This document shows positions 9,676-21,459 of a stretch of DNA of 64,000 nucleotides, piece by piece. Position numbers and translations under genes: made by a program. Every line of letters begins with the position of its first letter. Within the stretch, counting starts at the first letter, position 1. Source of the DNA: an uncultured delta proteobacterium (lineage in GTDB: Bacteria > Desulfobacterota > Binatia > UBA9968). The notes below the pieces were generated by a model, which saw only the letters and a program-made list of their open reading frames with translations, was not told the origin of the DNA and searched no databases. The stretch is taken from NCBI GenBank assembly GCA_963755715.1, contig CAVWLW010000050.1, positions 137,207-201,206 of the forward strand. The letters run 5' to 3'.

Positions 9676-10779
9676 TCACTGTTCCGCGGGCAGCGCCATG
9701 CACTCGCCCGCCGGCAACTCGACCCAAACGGGATCGCCACGGCGCACTTGCAGAGTGTAACGCTGATGAGTCTGTAGAATATTCTTGCCGAGCTCGACGG
9801 TGCAGTCGACGTATTCACCCAAAAACATGGCGGCGCCGATCTTGCCCTCGATAACGTTCGAACCGATGGGCGGCTGTTGCGTGTGAAGGTTAATGCTCTC
9901 AGGTCGCACGACGACAACCACCCTGCTGCCGGCAGTCAAACCGTCGAGGATACCGCAGGAGATCTCGCCGTCGTCGGTGTGAACCGTCGCGGTGCCATTT
10001 CCTTCCAGCTTGGTCACCTGACCGGTCATCTGGTTGGTCGAACCGATGAAATTAGCGACGAACTTGGTCTTCGGTTGTAAGTAGATATCCCGAGGGGCAC
10101 CCTCTTGAACGATCACGCCGGAGTTCATGACGGCGATGATATTGGACATCGACAACGCCTCGACCTGATCGTGGGTCACGTAGAGAGTCGTGATGCGCAG
10201 ACGGCGCTGCAGCTCGCGTAATTCGAAGCGCATGCGTTCCCGCAGTTTGGCGTCGAGATTGCTCAACGGTTCGTCCAGCAGGAGGACCTGCGGTTCCCGC
10301 ACCAGCGCACGGGCCAGCGCCAGCCGCTGCTGTTGACCGCCGGACAATTGCGTGGCCATGCGTTCGCCATAGTCGGACAACTCGACCTGTTCGAGCGCCG
10401 TAGAAACTTTTTTCTGAATCTCGGCATTGCTCAGCCGCTGCTTGCCGACCCGCAGCGGAAACGCGACGTTTTCGAACACCGTCATATGCGGCCAGATGGC
10501 ATAGCTTTGAAAAACCATCCCGATGGGACGGCGGTAGGCGGGCACGAAGGTGCCGTCCAGCGCCGAAAAGACTTTCTTGCCGGCGACGAGGATCTCACCG
10601 CCGTTGGCCTTTTCCAATCCGGCGATGCAGCGCAAAGTGGTCGTCTTGCCGCAACCCGATGGGCCCAACAGCGTATAGAAGCGCCCTTCTTCGACGTTAA
10701 AAGAAATATCGTTGACGGCTTTGACGCCGGCGTTAGCGCCGTCTTCGTAAATTTTTACTAGCGACTTAATTTCAATCAC
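9676..10779 (-). CDS. ABC ATP-binding protein (Fe3+/polyamine type, TOBE)
   Basis: GPSGCGKT, LSGGQQQR, LLLDEPLSNLD. Confidence 0.95.
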   Translation of the reverse strand: MIEIKSLVKIYEDGANAGVKAVNDISFNVEEGRFYTLLGPSGCGKTTTLRCIAGLEKANGGEILVAGKKVFSALDGTFVPAYRRPIGMVFQSYAIWPHMTVFENVAFPLRVGKQRLSNAEIQKKVSTALEQVELSDYGERMATQLSGGQQQRLALARALVREPQVLLLDEPLSNLDAKLRERMRFELRELQRRLRITTLYVTHDQVEALSMSNIIAVMNSGVIVQEGAPRDIYLQPKTKFVANFIGSTNQMTGQVTKLEGNGTATVHTDDGEISCGILDGLTAGSRVVVVVRPESINLHTQQPPIGSNVIEGKIGAAMFLGEYVDCTVELGKNILQTHQRYTLQVRRGDPVWVELPAGECMALPAEQ

Positions 10780-10800
10780 AAGGTTTGCCTTACCAGTCCT

Positions 10801-12525
10801 TCAGGTTTGAATGCCGATCTTGCCGGTGAGCTTATAGAATACCGCCACGATCGACAGCAAGGTAGCAATCATCAACACACCGATGGCGGCGACAACGGTC
10901 ACCTGCCCCTGCTCGAACATGGTGAAGAGCAGAATCGAGAGCACGCGGCTTTCGCCCGTGGCCAGCAAAACCGAAGTGGAAAATTCCCGAAACGACACGA
11001 TGCAGATATAAATCCATCCCGCCACCAACCCGGGCCGCAAAAGCGGCAGAGTCACGCGCTTGAAGGTTTCCCACCAAGAAGCGCCGGAAGCGGAAGCCGC
11101 CTCCTCCAACTCGCTGTGGATCTGCAAAATCGACCCTGACGCCGCCCGCATGCCGTATGGAATAAACCGGGTAACGTAGGCGATCAGCAAAACCCAGATC
11201 GTGCCGTAGATCGGAATCGGAAAGGCGACGTAGAGTAAAATCAGCGCCATCCCCATGACGATGCCGGGAATAGTGATCGGCACGAAAGCGAGAAAATCCA
11301 AGATCCAGGCACCGGGCAAACGGCTCTTATAAACGATCCACGCGACCAGCGAAGTCAGTATCATCGCCACCGTGGCTGTCAAGGTTGCCAGCAGGATACT
11401 GTTTTGCAAGGCATCCCAGAAGGGCCGAAAGCCGCCAAGATAACGGTAATTGTCGAGACTGAGCTTGCTCACCGCATCCAAACTCGGCGCGGCGAAAAAC
11501 GGCAGAAACGACGCCCAGAACAACACCAAAAACGGCAGCAGCACGACGAAGATGAAATAACCCGTCAGAAAGCCGAAACCTACCCAGCGCCAGCCGCCGA
11601 GATCGAACTGGCGCGGCCGAAACGCCTTGCCAGTGACGGTTTGAAACTTCTTTCCTTCCTTGGTCGCACGCGTATACAGCCATACACCGATCGCGCTCAA
11701 AAGCAGCAAACCGACTGCTAAAGCACCGCCACGCCCGTAGTCCGGCGGATACTCATTGAAAGCGAGAAAGATTTCGCTGGTATATACGTAAATACGCGCC
11801 GGGATGCCGATCAGCGCCGGGGCCTCGAAGGATTCCAGCGTGCGCACGAACAGGATCAGCACCACCGAACCCGCCGTCGGCATGAGCAAGCGCAAAGTTA
11901 CGCGGCGAAACGTCTGCCAGGTATTGGCGCCGGACATCATCGCCGACTCTTCCAAAGATGGGTCCATGGATTTGAACGCCGCCACCATCAGCAGAAAAGC
12001 CAGAGGCACCTGTCCCACCGAGTGCACCCAGATCATGCCCGGCAAGGAAAAAACATTGAATGGCGGCGACTGGAGACCGAACAAACTCTTCAACCAGACG
12101 TTGAGATAACCGAACTTCGGACTTAACAAAAATATCCACGCAATCGATTCCAGCACACCGGGAAGAATCAACGGCACCACGGCGAGTGGAACGAAGATAG
12201 CGCGTAGCGGCGTGTTGGTCCGCTCGGTCAGCCAGGCGAGCATGGTGCCGAAAATGAAACTGAGCCCGGCGGAGCCCGAGGCAAAGATCAACGAGTTGAG
12301 AAAAGTCGAATAGGTATATTCGCTGGCGTACGCAGCATGATAATTCTTGAGCGTGTAAACAAACTCCCGTGGCGCCACCTCCGCCTGAAAGCTGCCGACC
12401 AACAGCATCAGCAGCGGCAGAACTGCTAGATAAACCAGGACGCCGGCGCCGACCACGGGGATCAGCAGCGCCGGATCCAAGCTCATGGTCATTTTCCCGG
12501 TACGGGGAATTGCTGCAGTCGCCAT
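10801..12525 (-). CDS. ABC permease, FbpB-type double domain
   Basis: Two EAA motifs (LEESAMMSGA; LEEAASASGA), many TM segments. Confidence 0.93.
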   Translation of the reverse strand: MATAAIPRTGKMTMSLDPALLIPVVGAGVLVYLAVLPLLMLLVGSFQAEVAPREFVYTLKNYHAAYASEYTYSTFLNSLIFASGSAGLSFIFGTMLAWLTERTNTPLRAIFVPLAVVPLILPGVLESIAWIFLLSPKFGYLNVWLKSLFGLQSPPFNVFSLPGMIWVHSVGQVPLAFLLMVAAFKSMDPSLEESAMMSGANTWQTFRRVTLRLLMPTAGSVVLILFVRTLESFEAPALIGIPARIYVYTSEIFLAFNEYPPDYGRGGALAVGLLLLSAIGVWLYTRATKEGKKFQTVTGKAFRPRQFDLGGWRWVGFGFLTGYFIFVVLLPFLVLFWASFLPFFAAPSLDAVSKLSLDNYRYLGGFRPFWDALQNSILLATLTATVAMILTSLVAWIVYKSRLPGAWILDFLAFVPITIPGIVMGMALILLYVAFPIPIYGTIWVLLIAYVTRFIPYGMRAASGSILQIHSELEEAASASGASWWETFKRVTLPLLRPGLVAGWIYICIVSFREFSTSVLLATGESRVLSILLFTMFEQGQVTVVAAIGVLMIATLLSIVAVFYKLTGKIGIQT

Positions 12526-12566
12526 AAATGAGCCTCGAAAGATGGGCGCAGTGAGATATCACTGCG

Positions 12567-13593
12567 CTATCTCAGTTTGAAAATTTCCTTCCAGATCTTT
12601 TCGTACTTCGGATATTCCTTAATATCCGCGACACTGATGGGATAGATCTTTTCGGTTCGGGTTTTGTCCATCGGTTCGACTTTAGGATGGGCCGGCGTGC
12701 GCCCTCCTTGCGCCATGGCCTTTTGGCCTTCCTGGCTGGCTACCCAGCGCGCATATAAGTAGTGCCGTATTCGGATGCGGCGCGTTTTTGAAAACAGCCG
12801 TCGCATTGATCGAAGCCACGCCTTCGCTCAGCATGTAGTTGACGGGCGCGCCCTTCTTGATGCGGGCGGGATAGTGATGGGAGTAGCAGGTCAAACAGAC
12901 TGCCGCCTGACCGGCGACCAGCAGCTCCGCCAATTGAGAATGACCGGAATGAAACTCGACGTTATTGGCGGCGATCTTGCGCCACAATTCGATCGCCTTC
13001 TCGTCGCTCTTATATTTGTATTTTGCGAAGCCCATCAGCATTTCGAGATCGCGCGGTTCCGCGATCAAGCGGTTTTTCCAGCGGGGATCGGCAAAGTCCT
13101 CGTATTGCTTTGGCTCTTCTTCTTTCTTCACCAGGCCGGTGTTCCAAGCCGCAATGATAAATTGAAGATCCGAGGCCACCCAGAAGCTTCCCTTCATTCC
13201 CTGCGGATATTCCGCGGATTCAGGAAGGGTCACTTCCAGCAAGAGCTTTTGATCGTGCGCCTGACTCACATTCTCGAGCGGCACCTGCAAGACATCGCCT
13301 AGCGTCTTTCCGCCCCGCGCCTCGGTCACCGCGCGAGCAACGAGTTTATCCGAGGTCGCATCGACGTGGTTGATCTTGATTCCCGGAAATCGTTTTTCGA
13401 ACACAGGAATAATTTTTTCGGCATTGATCTGGGCCAAGGTCGCGTAGAAATTGAGCGTCCCGCCTTCCTTAACCGCCAGTTTATGGAGTTCGTCAAGACT
13501 CTGGCTTAGCCCGAGACCAGGTAAAAACAGGTTCGCTGCAAGCGCAACCCACAGGACAGCGAAGCTTTTATGAAACCAACGAAACACCGCCAT
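12567..13593 (-). CDS. Extracellular solute-binding protein 1 of 3, +1 frameshift near 12757
   Basis: Paralog of the next two genes; C-terminus KYEKIWKEIFKLR in shifted frame. Confidence 0.85.
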
Positions 13594-13684
13594 TCGGAAA
13601 ACCTCCGGAAATAAATATTTTGTTAAAGTCGGGTTACCTAATACTATAATTTCCTCGCGAGTCAATAATGTCCAATGGACGGCG

Positions 13685-14713
13685 TCAGCGCAGTTTAAAA
13701 ATTTCCTTCCAAACCTTCTCGTATTTCGGCCACTGTTTAATCTCCGTAGTGCCGATCGGATAGAGCTTGGCAGGACGTATATTATCCACCGGTTCCACCT
13801 TGGGATGCGGCGGCAAGCGTCCTCCTGCGGCGTAAGCTTTTTGTCCCTCTTCACTGGCGGACCAGCGGTAAAACAGCTTGGCAGCGTTGGGATGAGGAGC
13901 GTCTTTGGCCAAGGCATCAGCGGTGATCGTGGCGATGCCTTCGGTGAGCATGTATCCGAGCGGCGCGCCCTTTTTAATTCGCGACGGATAGTGGTGCGCG
14001 TAACAGGTCACGCAGGCGGCTGCTTGGCCGGCGACGAGGAATTCGGCGAGCTCGGAATGGCCTTTGTGAAATTCGACATTGTTAGCGGCCAGCTTGCGAA
14101 TATAATCGAACGCTTTCTCGTCGTTTTTGTATTTGTGCGTAGCGAGACCGATTAGCAATTCGACGTCCCGTGCTTCGGCGATCAATTTCCCTTTCCATTT
14201 GGGATCGGCAAGGTCGTCGAATTGCTTCGGCTCATCTTCTTTTTTTACCAGGTTCGTATTCCATGAGGCGGTTATGATCACCATGTCGGCGGCCAGCCAA
14301 TTCGCCCCCTTGAGAGTGGCGGGATACGCTGCCGCTTCCGGTGGGAGCCAGTCAACCACCAGCTTTTGATCGATCACCTGAAGGACATTTTCCAGGGCCA
14401 TTTGAAAGACATCGGAAAATACTCGGCCGCCGCGAGCTTCAGTGATCGCCCTGGCAGCAAGCTTGTCCGCCGTGGCATCGACGTGATTGACCTTGATTCC
14501 CGGAAAGCGCTTTTCAAATACCGGCAAAATTCTTTCCGCATTGATTTGCGCGAGGGTGCCGTAGAAATTAACCACCCCGCCTTCCTTAACCGCCGCCTTG
14601 TGCAGTTCGTCCATCGACTGCGCGCCCGCCGGCGCTGCCATCACGCAGAGAACATAGATAAGAATCACGCTGACGATCTTTAAGGAAGCCTTACTAGTCT
14701 TCATTGACATCAT
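13685..14713 (-). CDS. Extracellular solute-binding protein 2 of 3
   Basis: FEKRFPGIK, DPKWKG, APHPNAAKLF. Confidence 0.92.
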   Translation of the reverse strand: MMSMKTSKASLKIVSVILIYVLCVMAAPAGAQSMDELHKAAVKEGGVVNFYGTLAQINAERILPVFEKRFPGIKVNHVDATADKLAARAITEARGGRVFSDVFQMALENVLQVIDQKLVVDWLPPEAAAYPATLKGANWLAADMVIITASWNTNLVKKEDEPKQFDDLADPKWKGKLIAEARDVELLIGLATHKYKNDEKAFDYIRKLAANNVEFHKGHSELAEFLVAGQAAACVTCYAHHYPSRIKKGAPLGYMLTEGIATITADALAKDAPHPNAAKLFYRWSASEEGQKAYAAGGRLPPHPKVEPVDNIRPAKLYPIGTTEIKQWPKYEKVWKEIFKLR

Positions 14714-14758
14714 TCCTCCTTGGTTAACGGCCCATTTGTCATCGCGCCGCTATGCGGC

Positions 14759-15772
14759 TCATCTTAGTTTGAATACTTCTTTCCAAACCTTTTCGTATTT
14801 CGAATACTGCTTCAGGTCTTCGACGCCGACGGGATAAATAACCGCCGGTCGAATCTTTTCGGTGGGCTCGACTTTCGGATGGGCCGGGGTTCGTCCGCCT
14901 TTGGAGTAAACGGTTTGTCCTTCTTCCGAGGCCGCCCAACGATTGAATAGCCAAGCAGTATTCGGATGGGGCGCATTTTTCATGACCGCCACGGCAATGA
15001 TGCCGGCGGCGCCTTCGCTGAGCATGTAATCCACCGGCGCGCCTTTGCGTTTGCGTTCGGGATAATGGTGCGAATAGCAGGTGAAACAAGCCGCGGCCTG
15101 GCCCGCCACCAGCAATTCCGCGAGTTGCGAATGGCCTTTGTGAAACTCGACATTATTGGCCGCGATTCGGGCGAGCACGGCGCGAGCTTTTTCCAGGCTC
15201 TTGTGCTTGTGGTTTAGCGCAACGAGGAACTCGTAATCCCGCGGTTCGGCGATCAAGCGCCCTTTCCAACGCGGATCGCCGAAATCGTCCAAGAATTTCG
15301 GCTCCTCGTCTTTCTTCACCTGTGCCGTGTTCCATGCTCCGACGAAAAAAATCAGGTTGTTGGCCGCCCAGTAAGAACCTCTCAAGTTAGCTGGATAGGC
15401 GGCCACCTCCGGCGGAACCTTTTCCAAGATTAGTCCTTGCTCGTAAATCTTGTTGATGTCTTCCAACCCGAACTCGACGACGTCCGCGAACGTCTTACCG
15501 CCGCGCGCTTCAGTGATCGCGCGGGCCGATAGTTTGTCGGAAGTAGCGTCGACATGATTGATTTTGATGCCGGGAAAGCGCTTTTCAAAAACCGGATAGA
15601 TTTTCTCCGCATTGATCTGGGCGAGCGAGCAATAACAGTTGAGCACGCCATCTTCTTTCAGCGCCTTCTTGTAGAGCTCGTCGATAGTTTCAGTTTGAGC
15701 CGAAACCGGTGCCGCTCCAACATTCAAAAGAACGATTAAGATTGAAGACAGCCAGACTACTCTTCTCAACAT
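14759..15772 (-). CDS. Extracellular solute-binding protein 3 of 3
   Basis: Same motifs; signal peptide. Confidence 0.92.
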   Translation of the reverse strand: MLRRVVWLSSILIVLLNVGAAPVSAQTETIDELYKKALKEDGVLNCYCSLAQINAEKIYPVFEKRFPGIKINHVDATSDKLSARAITEARGGKTFADVVEFGLEDINKIYEQGLILEKVPPEVAAYPANLRGSYWAANNLIFFVGAWNTAQVKKDEEPKFLDDFGDPRWKGRLIAEPRDYEFLVALNHKHKSLEKARAVLARIAANNVEFHKGHSQLAELLVAGQAAACFTCYSHHYPERKRKGAPVDYMLSEGAAGIIAVAVMKNAPHPNTAWLFNRWAASEEGQTVYSKGGRTPAHPKVEPTEKIRPAVIYPVGVEDLKQYSKYEKVWKEVFKLR

Positions 15773-15819
15773 ATCGCGATCCTCCTTTTACGGTCGTAAC
15801 ATTACCTTCTACGCTTCGG

Positions 15820-16897
15820 TCATTTTTTCACCGGCGTTTTCAGCACGGTTTGGAGTTTATTTTTCACGTCCGCGCGGCATGCCCAAAAACTCGGTGACAA
15901 GCTTATGCACGGCATTGCCGATCAGCGGATCGAAGTCCAGATGGCCTTTCTCGGCTTCGGCCAAAAGGTCTTTGTCTTTCATCGCTCGTTCAAACGCGAC
16001 CTCGAGCGCCTGGGCACGATCAGCCGGCGTCCCCGTCGGCAATACGTAAACTTTGCCGAAATCATTCGGCGTGCTGGTGCCGTATTTGAGCAGCAACCGC
16101 TGCTCTTCGGATCTGGCGATCATCGGAATCGTCGGCACGTTAGGCACGATCAGATCCTTCATCGGCTTTTCGCAGAGCTGCGCCAATACGACCCATTCTC
16201 CGCTCTTTATTTTGTCCAAGGAGGTTACTTTGGACGAAGTCCAGGTATTGAAAAAACCGTCGACCTCGCCGCTATCGAGGGCCAGCCGGACATCGGCCGT
16301 GCCTTTATAGCCGGAGACGATCTTAAGATTGGTGTTGAGCACCTCTTTAACCAGGACCGGCGCGTGCTCGACAGTCGAACCGGGGATCGCGCCCAGGGTC
16401 ACTTGCTTTCCCTTCTCCCCGCGCAGCTCATCGAATTTGGTGATTCCAGTTCGCTTGGTGACAATCATCATGTAACTTTCGCTGACGGGGACCGCTAGAT
16501 AGCGAAACTTTCCCATATCGAACTGGACCGACGGCGCCCCGAAAAGCTGCTCGAGCACGATGGGTCCCGAAATATTACCGACCACCGTGCCGTCTTTGGG
16601 CGCCGCATTGTAGACGTGATTGGCGGCGATAATGCTGCCGGCTCCCGGCATGTTGTCGACGATTACCGCCGGACTGCCGGGAATGTATTTGGCAAGATGG
16701 CGCGCGATCACCCGCGAATACTGGTCGTAACCGCCGCCGGCCGAAAAGCCGACGACGATGCGCACGGTCTTGCCGCGATAAAAACTCGCTACGGTTTTCT
16801 CGTCGAACGCCGGTTTGGCCGCCTGGGCCGCCCATCCCAAGCCAGGCGCCATCGATAATCCAAGTACCACTAAAACAAACAGCGGTCTCATTCGCAT
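15820..16897 (-). CDS. TctC/Bug-family tripartite tricarboxylate transporter binding protein (probable +1 frameshift near 15873; as-read stop 15857)
   Basis: IVVGFSAGGGYD, NMPGAGS, APKDG, GYKG; removing one base gives tail ADVKNKLQTVLKTPVKK. Confidence 0.85.
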
Positions 16898-17004
16898 ACG
16901 TTGCTTTGAACCTCCATGTAGCTGCTCCGCTCGGTCGCTCCTGCGGTAGCTTCTATTAGACGAATCAGTTTGGGGAAGACTTCAGTGCGTGCCCGGCCAA
17001 GCGC

Positions 17005-17976
17005 TCAAAGATTTTCCAGGCGCCTTAACGTCACCCCATAATCCACCACGGCTTTATCGATGGAGTAGTCGGGTTCATAGCCGAGTTGCTCCTTGGCACG
17101 GGAGAAGTCGCTGGCCAGGCGCGAGTCCGGGTACGGCATGGGATTGTTTCCTCGGATCAAATCGACGTTTGACCCGGGGTAGGCTTTGCGAACCGCCGCG
17201 GCGATGTCGTCACCGCTCAGCATGATACCGTTACCGATATGAAAAAGCGTGTCTTTGAATTTATCTTGGAGCGCCGCTAGGACGGTGCCTTTGGCGGCGT
17301 CTTTACCATAGAGAATTTCGGCAGGGCCGTAGGGCCAGTTGATTTTAGCAGTTTCTCCTTTGACCGCGGCGCGAATCATCTGTTGGATCGCGATCTCGCG
17401 CGTCGCTTTGAGGCTTGCCGGCGACGGTCCGTAGAGCCCGCCGGTGTAACGCAGACAGATGAACTCGAAGCCATAGCGCTTTGCATAGGCGCGCCCCATG
17501 AATTCGCAGCTCGCTTTGGTCGCCGCATACACCGACGGCGGATTCATGGCGATGGACTCATCGATCTTGGCCAGCCCCTCGCCGAGCGAACCGAGATAAA
17601 CCGTCCCCGAGCTCGGGAAAATCACGCGCGCAACTTTTTCCAACCGCGCCGCTTCGAATACGTTGACCGTGCCCATGAAATTCAGATGCACGCCGCTGTA
17701 GGGGCGGCGCTGAACTTCTTCGCCAAGGAAAGCTGCCAGGTGGATGATGCGATCGCAATCCTGCTCGCGGATCACCGAAATGATCGCCGGCAGATCCATC
17801 ATGTCGCCGCGAATCAGGGTCACTTTGCCGGTGTCGACGCCGACGGCGCTGAGCAAACGCTCATTGAGCGCCACGTCGAAAACCACGGGTCTTTCGCCGC
17901 GCTCGAGCAACATTGCAACCGCGTAAGCCCCGACCAAACCCGAGCCTCCGGTTACGAGGATTCCCTTTTTCGCCAT
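17005..17976 (-). CDS. NAD-dependent epimerase/dehydratase
   Basis: VTGGSGLVG, HLAA, YAATK. Confidence 0.92.
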   Translation of the reverse strand: MAKKGILVTGGSGLVGAYAVAMLLERGERPVVFDVALNERLLSAVGVDTGKVTLIRGDMMDLPAIISVIREQDCDRIIHLAAFLGEEVQRRPYSGVHLNFMGTVNVFEAARLEKVARVIFPSSGTVYLGSLGEGLAKIDESIAMNPPSVYAATKASCEFMGRAYAKRYGFEFICLRYTGGLYGPSPASLKATREIAIQQMIRAAVKGETAKINWPYGPAEILYGKDAAKGTVLAALQDKFKDTLFHIGNGIMLSGDDIAAAVRKAYPGSNVDLIRGNNPMPYPDSRLASDFSRAKEQLGYEPDYSIDKAVVDYGVTLRRLENL

Positions 17977-18165
17977 GTCGATCTCCCTCCGACAGAACCG
18001 GTGCCTCTACTATATCAAACCTACCCTTGAGTCAACGCGGACCTCGTGGTTATTTGCTTTTCGCCGAGCGTCCAACGAGTGTAGGATCGTCGCCCATCTT
18101 GACCTGACTTTTTTTTCGAGCATTATGTCAGCCGGCGCGTCTAAGTTGACAAGGAGGCAATCCTG

Positions 18166-19155
18166 ATGTTGTACCGCTGGGCGTTTTCGCTCCTGACGCT
18201 GGTAGTTCTACTTTCCGTCGTCTCCGCAGCTATTGCGCAAGAAAAGCTGCGCCTTGCGTGGGCGGGCTTTAGCCCGACGAACAGCCCCATCTGGGTGATG
18301 GAAGATCGCAAGCTCCTGCAAAAACAAGGAGTCACACCGGAGATTATCGCGATCAACGCGAGCCCGACGGTGCTGCAAGCTTTGCTCGCTAACGAAATCG
18401 AAGCGGCCAGTATCTCCGTGACAACGCTGACGAGTTCCCGTCTGGCCGGTGCCGACACCGTGATGATCTTCGGCGTCGTGCCGACGTTTGTCGATCATAT
18501 CGTATCCTTGTCGAGCGTCACCGCAGTGGAGCAGCTCAAGGGAAAAACCGCCGGCGTCAATCGATTGGGGAGCACTTCGGACCTCGGTTTGCGCCTCGCC
18601 TTGAAGAAATTAGGAATCGACCCGGATAAGGATGTAAAAATCATTCCCACGGGGGGCACGGCCGAGCGCTTCGCGGCGTTGTCGAAAGGCATCACGCAAT
18701 TTACGATCATACCGGAACCGTTCTTAACCCAGGCGGAAAAGCTCGGCTTCCGCAATCTTTACAACATCAGCGACCTAAAAATTCCGTTTTGGTGGAACGG
18801 CATTCTTTCGCGCGAAAGCATCGTCAAAGCAAAGCGTCCGTTGATGTTGAAACTGGTCCGCGCCATGGTCGAAGCGATCCATATTATCAAGACCGAGAAA
18901 GAATACGCCAAAGGACTTTTTAAAAAGAATCTCGGCGTCAACGACCCCGAAGGACTCGAGCGAGCCTACAAAGATTATAATAACGCTTTCCCCGAGATTC
19001 CCTATCCGTATCCCGACGGCGTCAAAACGATGCTCGATGACTTGGCGCCCAAAAACCCCAAGGCAGCCGCGGCCGACCCCAAAACCTACGTTGATATGAG
19101 CCTCGTCGCCGAGCTGGATAAGTCGGGTTTTATCAAGCAACTGTACAAGAAATAG
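18166..19155 (+). CDS. ABC substrate-binding protein, NMT1/SsuA family
   Basis: Signal peptide, LKGKTAGVNRLGS, ELDKSGFIKQLY. Confidence 0.9.
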   Translation: MLYRWAFSLLTLVVLLSVVSAAIAQEKLRLAWAGFSPTNSPIWVMEDRKLLQKQGVTPEIIAINASPTVLQALLANEIEAASISVTTLTSSRLAGADTVMIFGVVPTFVDHIVSLSSVTAVEQLKGKTAGVNRLGSTSDLGLRLALKKLGIDPDKDVKIIPTGGTAERFAALSKGITQFTIIPEPFLTQAEKLGFRNLYNISDLKIPFWWNGILSRESIVKAKRPLMLKLVRAMVEAIHIIKTEKEYAKGLFKKNLGVNDPEGLERAYKDYNNAFPEIPYPYPDGVKTMLDDLAPKNPKAAAADPKTYVDMSLVAELDKSGFIKQLYKK

Positions 19156-19342
19156 GCGAGAGGCATTAGGCAACAGGCAATAGCTCGGTCCACGTTAGTC
19201 CGCCGGGCCTGCATCACAACAGCGGCGCTAGCTTGTTGCGGTTTCTTTGCTAGCAACTCCGTTGTAGGTTCCACATCTTCAGTTGAATTATTTCACCCGA
19301 CTAGGATAAGTGAACGAAGAAACCTATCAGGAGGCGAAAATC

Positions 19343-20177
19343 ATGGCGGAAATAATCTTGAAAGACGAGCATGAAATGTTGCGGCCCAGCTTGGGCAGGC
19401 TCAAGAACAAAATCGCGGTCATCACCGGTGCTAATAGCGGCATCGGCCGGGCCACCGCGCGGCTTTTCGCCCGCGAAGGCGCCAAGGTGGTTTGCTGCGA
19501 TATTCAGGAAACCATCTCGCCGCGGATCGACCAATTGATTAAAGAGAAAGAAGGCGGGCAAGCCGTTTTCGCAACCATCGACGTCACCAAACAGGAAGAC
19601 TGCGACCGCATGATCAAAACGGCGCTCGATAGCTTCGGCGACGTCGATATTCTTTACAACAATGCCGGCGCCGGCATTCGAAAGAAACTGCACGAGCACA
19701 GCGATGAGGAGTGGAACTTCGTGCTGAATACGAATCTTCAACGCGATGTTCCGCGGCGCACGCGCTGTCTTGCCGCATTTCATCAAGAAGAAAAGCGGCA
19801 ACATCGTCACCACGGCTTCGACCTTTGGTCTTTTGGCGTCACCGGAATATCCGGGCTACTGCGCCACCAAGGCGGCGATCATCAATCTCACCCGCGAGAT
19901 GGCGCTGGACTACGGTCCGCTCGGCATCCGCATCAACTGTGTTTGTCCGGGCGCCATCGAGACCCCACGCTTCAGAGGATTTCCGCCGCGGCCGACCTTG
20001 GGCGAAGGCATGACGGACGAGCAGCGCAAAACCATGGGTGCAAGCAACAAAGCACTGCTGCGCATGGGCCGTCCGGAAGAGATTGCTTACGGCGTGCTGT
20101 TTTTAGTTTCGGACGAAGCGTCCTTCGTTACCGGCCACGCGCTGGTCGTCGACGGTGGGCAAACGATCGACGCCTGA
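19343..20177 (+). CDS. SDR oxidoreductase, +1 frameshift near 19738
   Basis: TGANSGIG, NNAG then YCATK, VDGG in shifted frame. Confidence 0.88.
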
Positions 20178-20186
20178 GCAAGCGGC

Positions 20187-20254
20187 GTGATGGAGTACCG
20201 GAGTGATGGAGTGATGGAGGATCGCGAGCCCGATATTCCAGTACTCCATCACTC
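20187..20254. repeat. Intergenic inverted repeat made of GGAGTRATG-like units
   Basis: tggagtaccggagtgatggagtgatgg ... ccagtactccatcactc between convergent genes. Confidence 0.6.
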
Positions 20255-20263
20255 GACATCTTT

Positions 20264-21347
20264 TTACTTTCTGCACCACGTACCAATTGTTTTGAATATC
20301 GTGACTCAGTTCGTGCTTCTCAACTGAGCTGAAGCCCGCCTTGGCGAGATATTCGCGCGTCTTCTCTTCGCCCCACATGGCGCCTAAGCCTTCGCCGTTT
20401 TGGGCCAAGGACACGGTCATGCAGTGCATGCACGACACGGTATAAAGGAACGGACCTATTGGATGATCCTGGTTTTGATGAATGTGGCTCGAACCCTTGA
20501 TGTCCTGCATCAGATAAATACCATCGGATCGGAGCGTGCGGCGAATTCCGCGCAGCACGTTTAACGGCTTCGCCTGATCATGAATCGCATCGAAGGTCGC
20601 AACCAAGTCGAAGGACTCGGCTTCGGCTGTTTCATCGAATTGACTGAGATCGGCGACGATGAATTCTATATTTCTCAACTTTTTTTCCGCCGCATCCTGC
20701 CACGCCGATAAAATCGCCTCGCTCGACAAATCCATTCCGGTGAAGCGGCTCTTCGGATAGAGCTCCGCGAGCCGGTTGATGATTCGGCCACGTCCGCAGC
20801 CGACATCGAGCATTTGAATCCCGCTCGTGAGTCTTTCGGCCAATCCCGATACGAGCGGCACAATGTGCGATTCCAACGACGATAACACGGATTGTCCGCT
20901 ATCTTCGGCCATCACTTCGTGGAAACGCGGAAACTTAGCGTAAGGCACGCCGCCGCCTTTTTTGAAACATTCGACGATATCGTCCTCAACGCTGCCGAGC
21001 AGTGCGATGTACTGAGTGAACACACCGATGTTATCTGCGCCGGCGCTGCGGGTGAGAAACGCTGCGTGCTCTGCCGGCAATGAGAACCGGTTGGTCGCCG
21101 GATCGACGTCGACGATACGTCCGGTGACCATCGCGCCGAGCCATTCGCGCACGTAACGCTCATTCAGGCCTGCTTTAGCGGCGATCTCGGCCGAAGTTGC
21201 CGGCGCGGCGTCGCGCATGGCGTCGAGGAGGCCGGTGCGATGCCCGATCGAAATCATCAAGCACAATGCGCCGTCATTCAGTGTCGTTAACAATCGCTCT
21301 GCAAAGCCGTTGGCTTTAGCCGAATCATAGGTTGGACCCAGAGCCAT
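20264..21347 (-). CDS. SAM-dependent methyltransferase (Rv2258c-like, N-terminal wHTH)
   Basis: LNERYVREWL, LDVGCGRG, FDAIHD, SCMHCMTVSL, GAMWG; stop probably displaced by an extra A. Confidence 0.9.
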
Positions 21348-21459
21348 GCCAATTTCCTCCGGAGATTAGGTTCCAAAGACGCGGCATATTTCCGCCGCAA
21401 CCTCGCCGAGAGCGCGATCGCGGCAAAGCCGACCGGCCGGACTTCGGAGGGCACGAAGT

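Noticed and set aside
20103-20263. Long C-terminal extension of the methyltransferase
   Set aside because: Runs through a repeat into the convergent SDR; one extra A explains it
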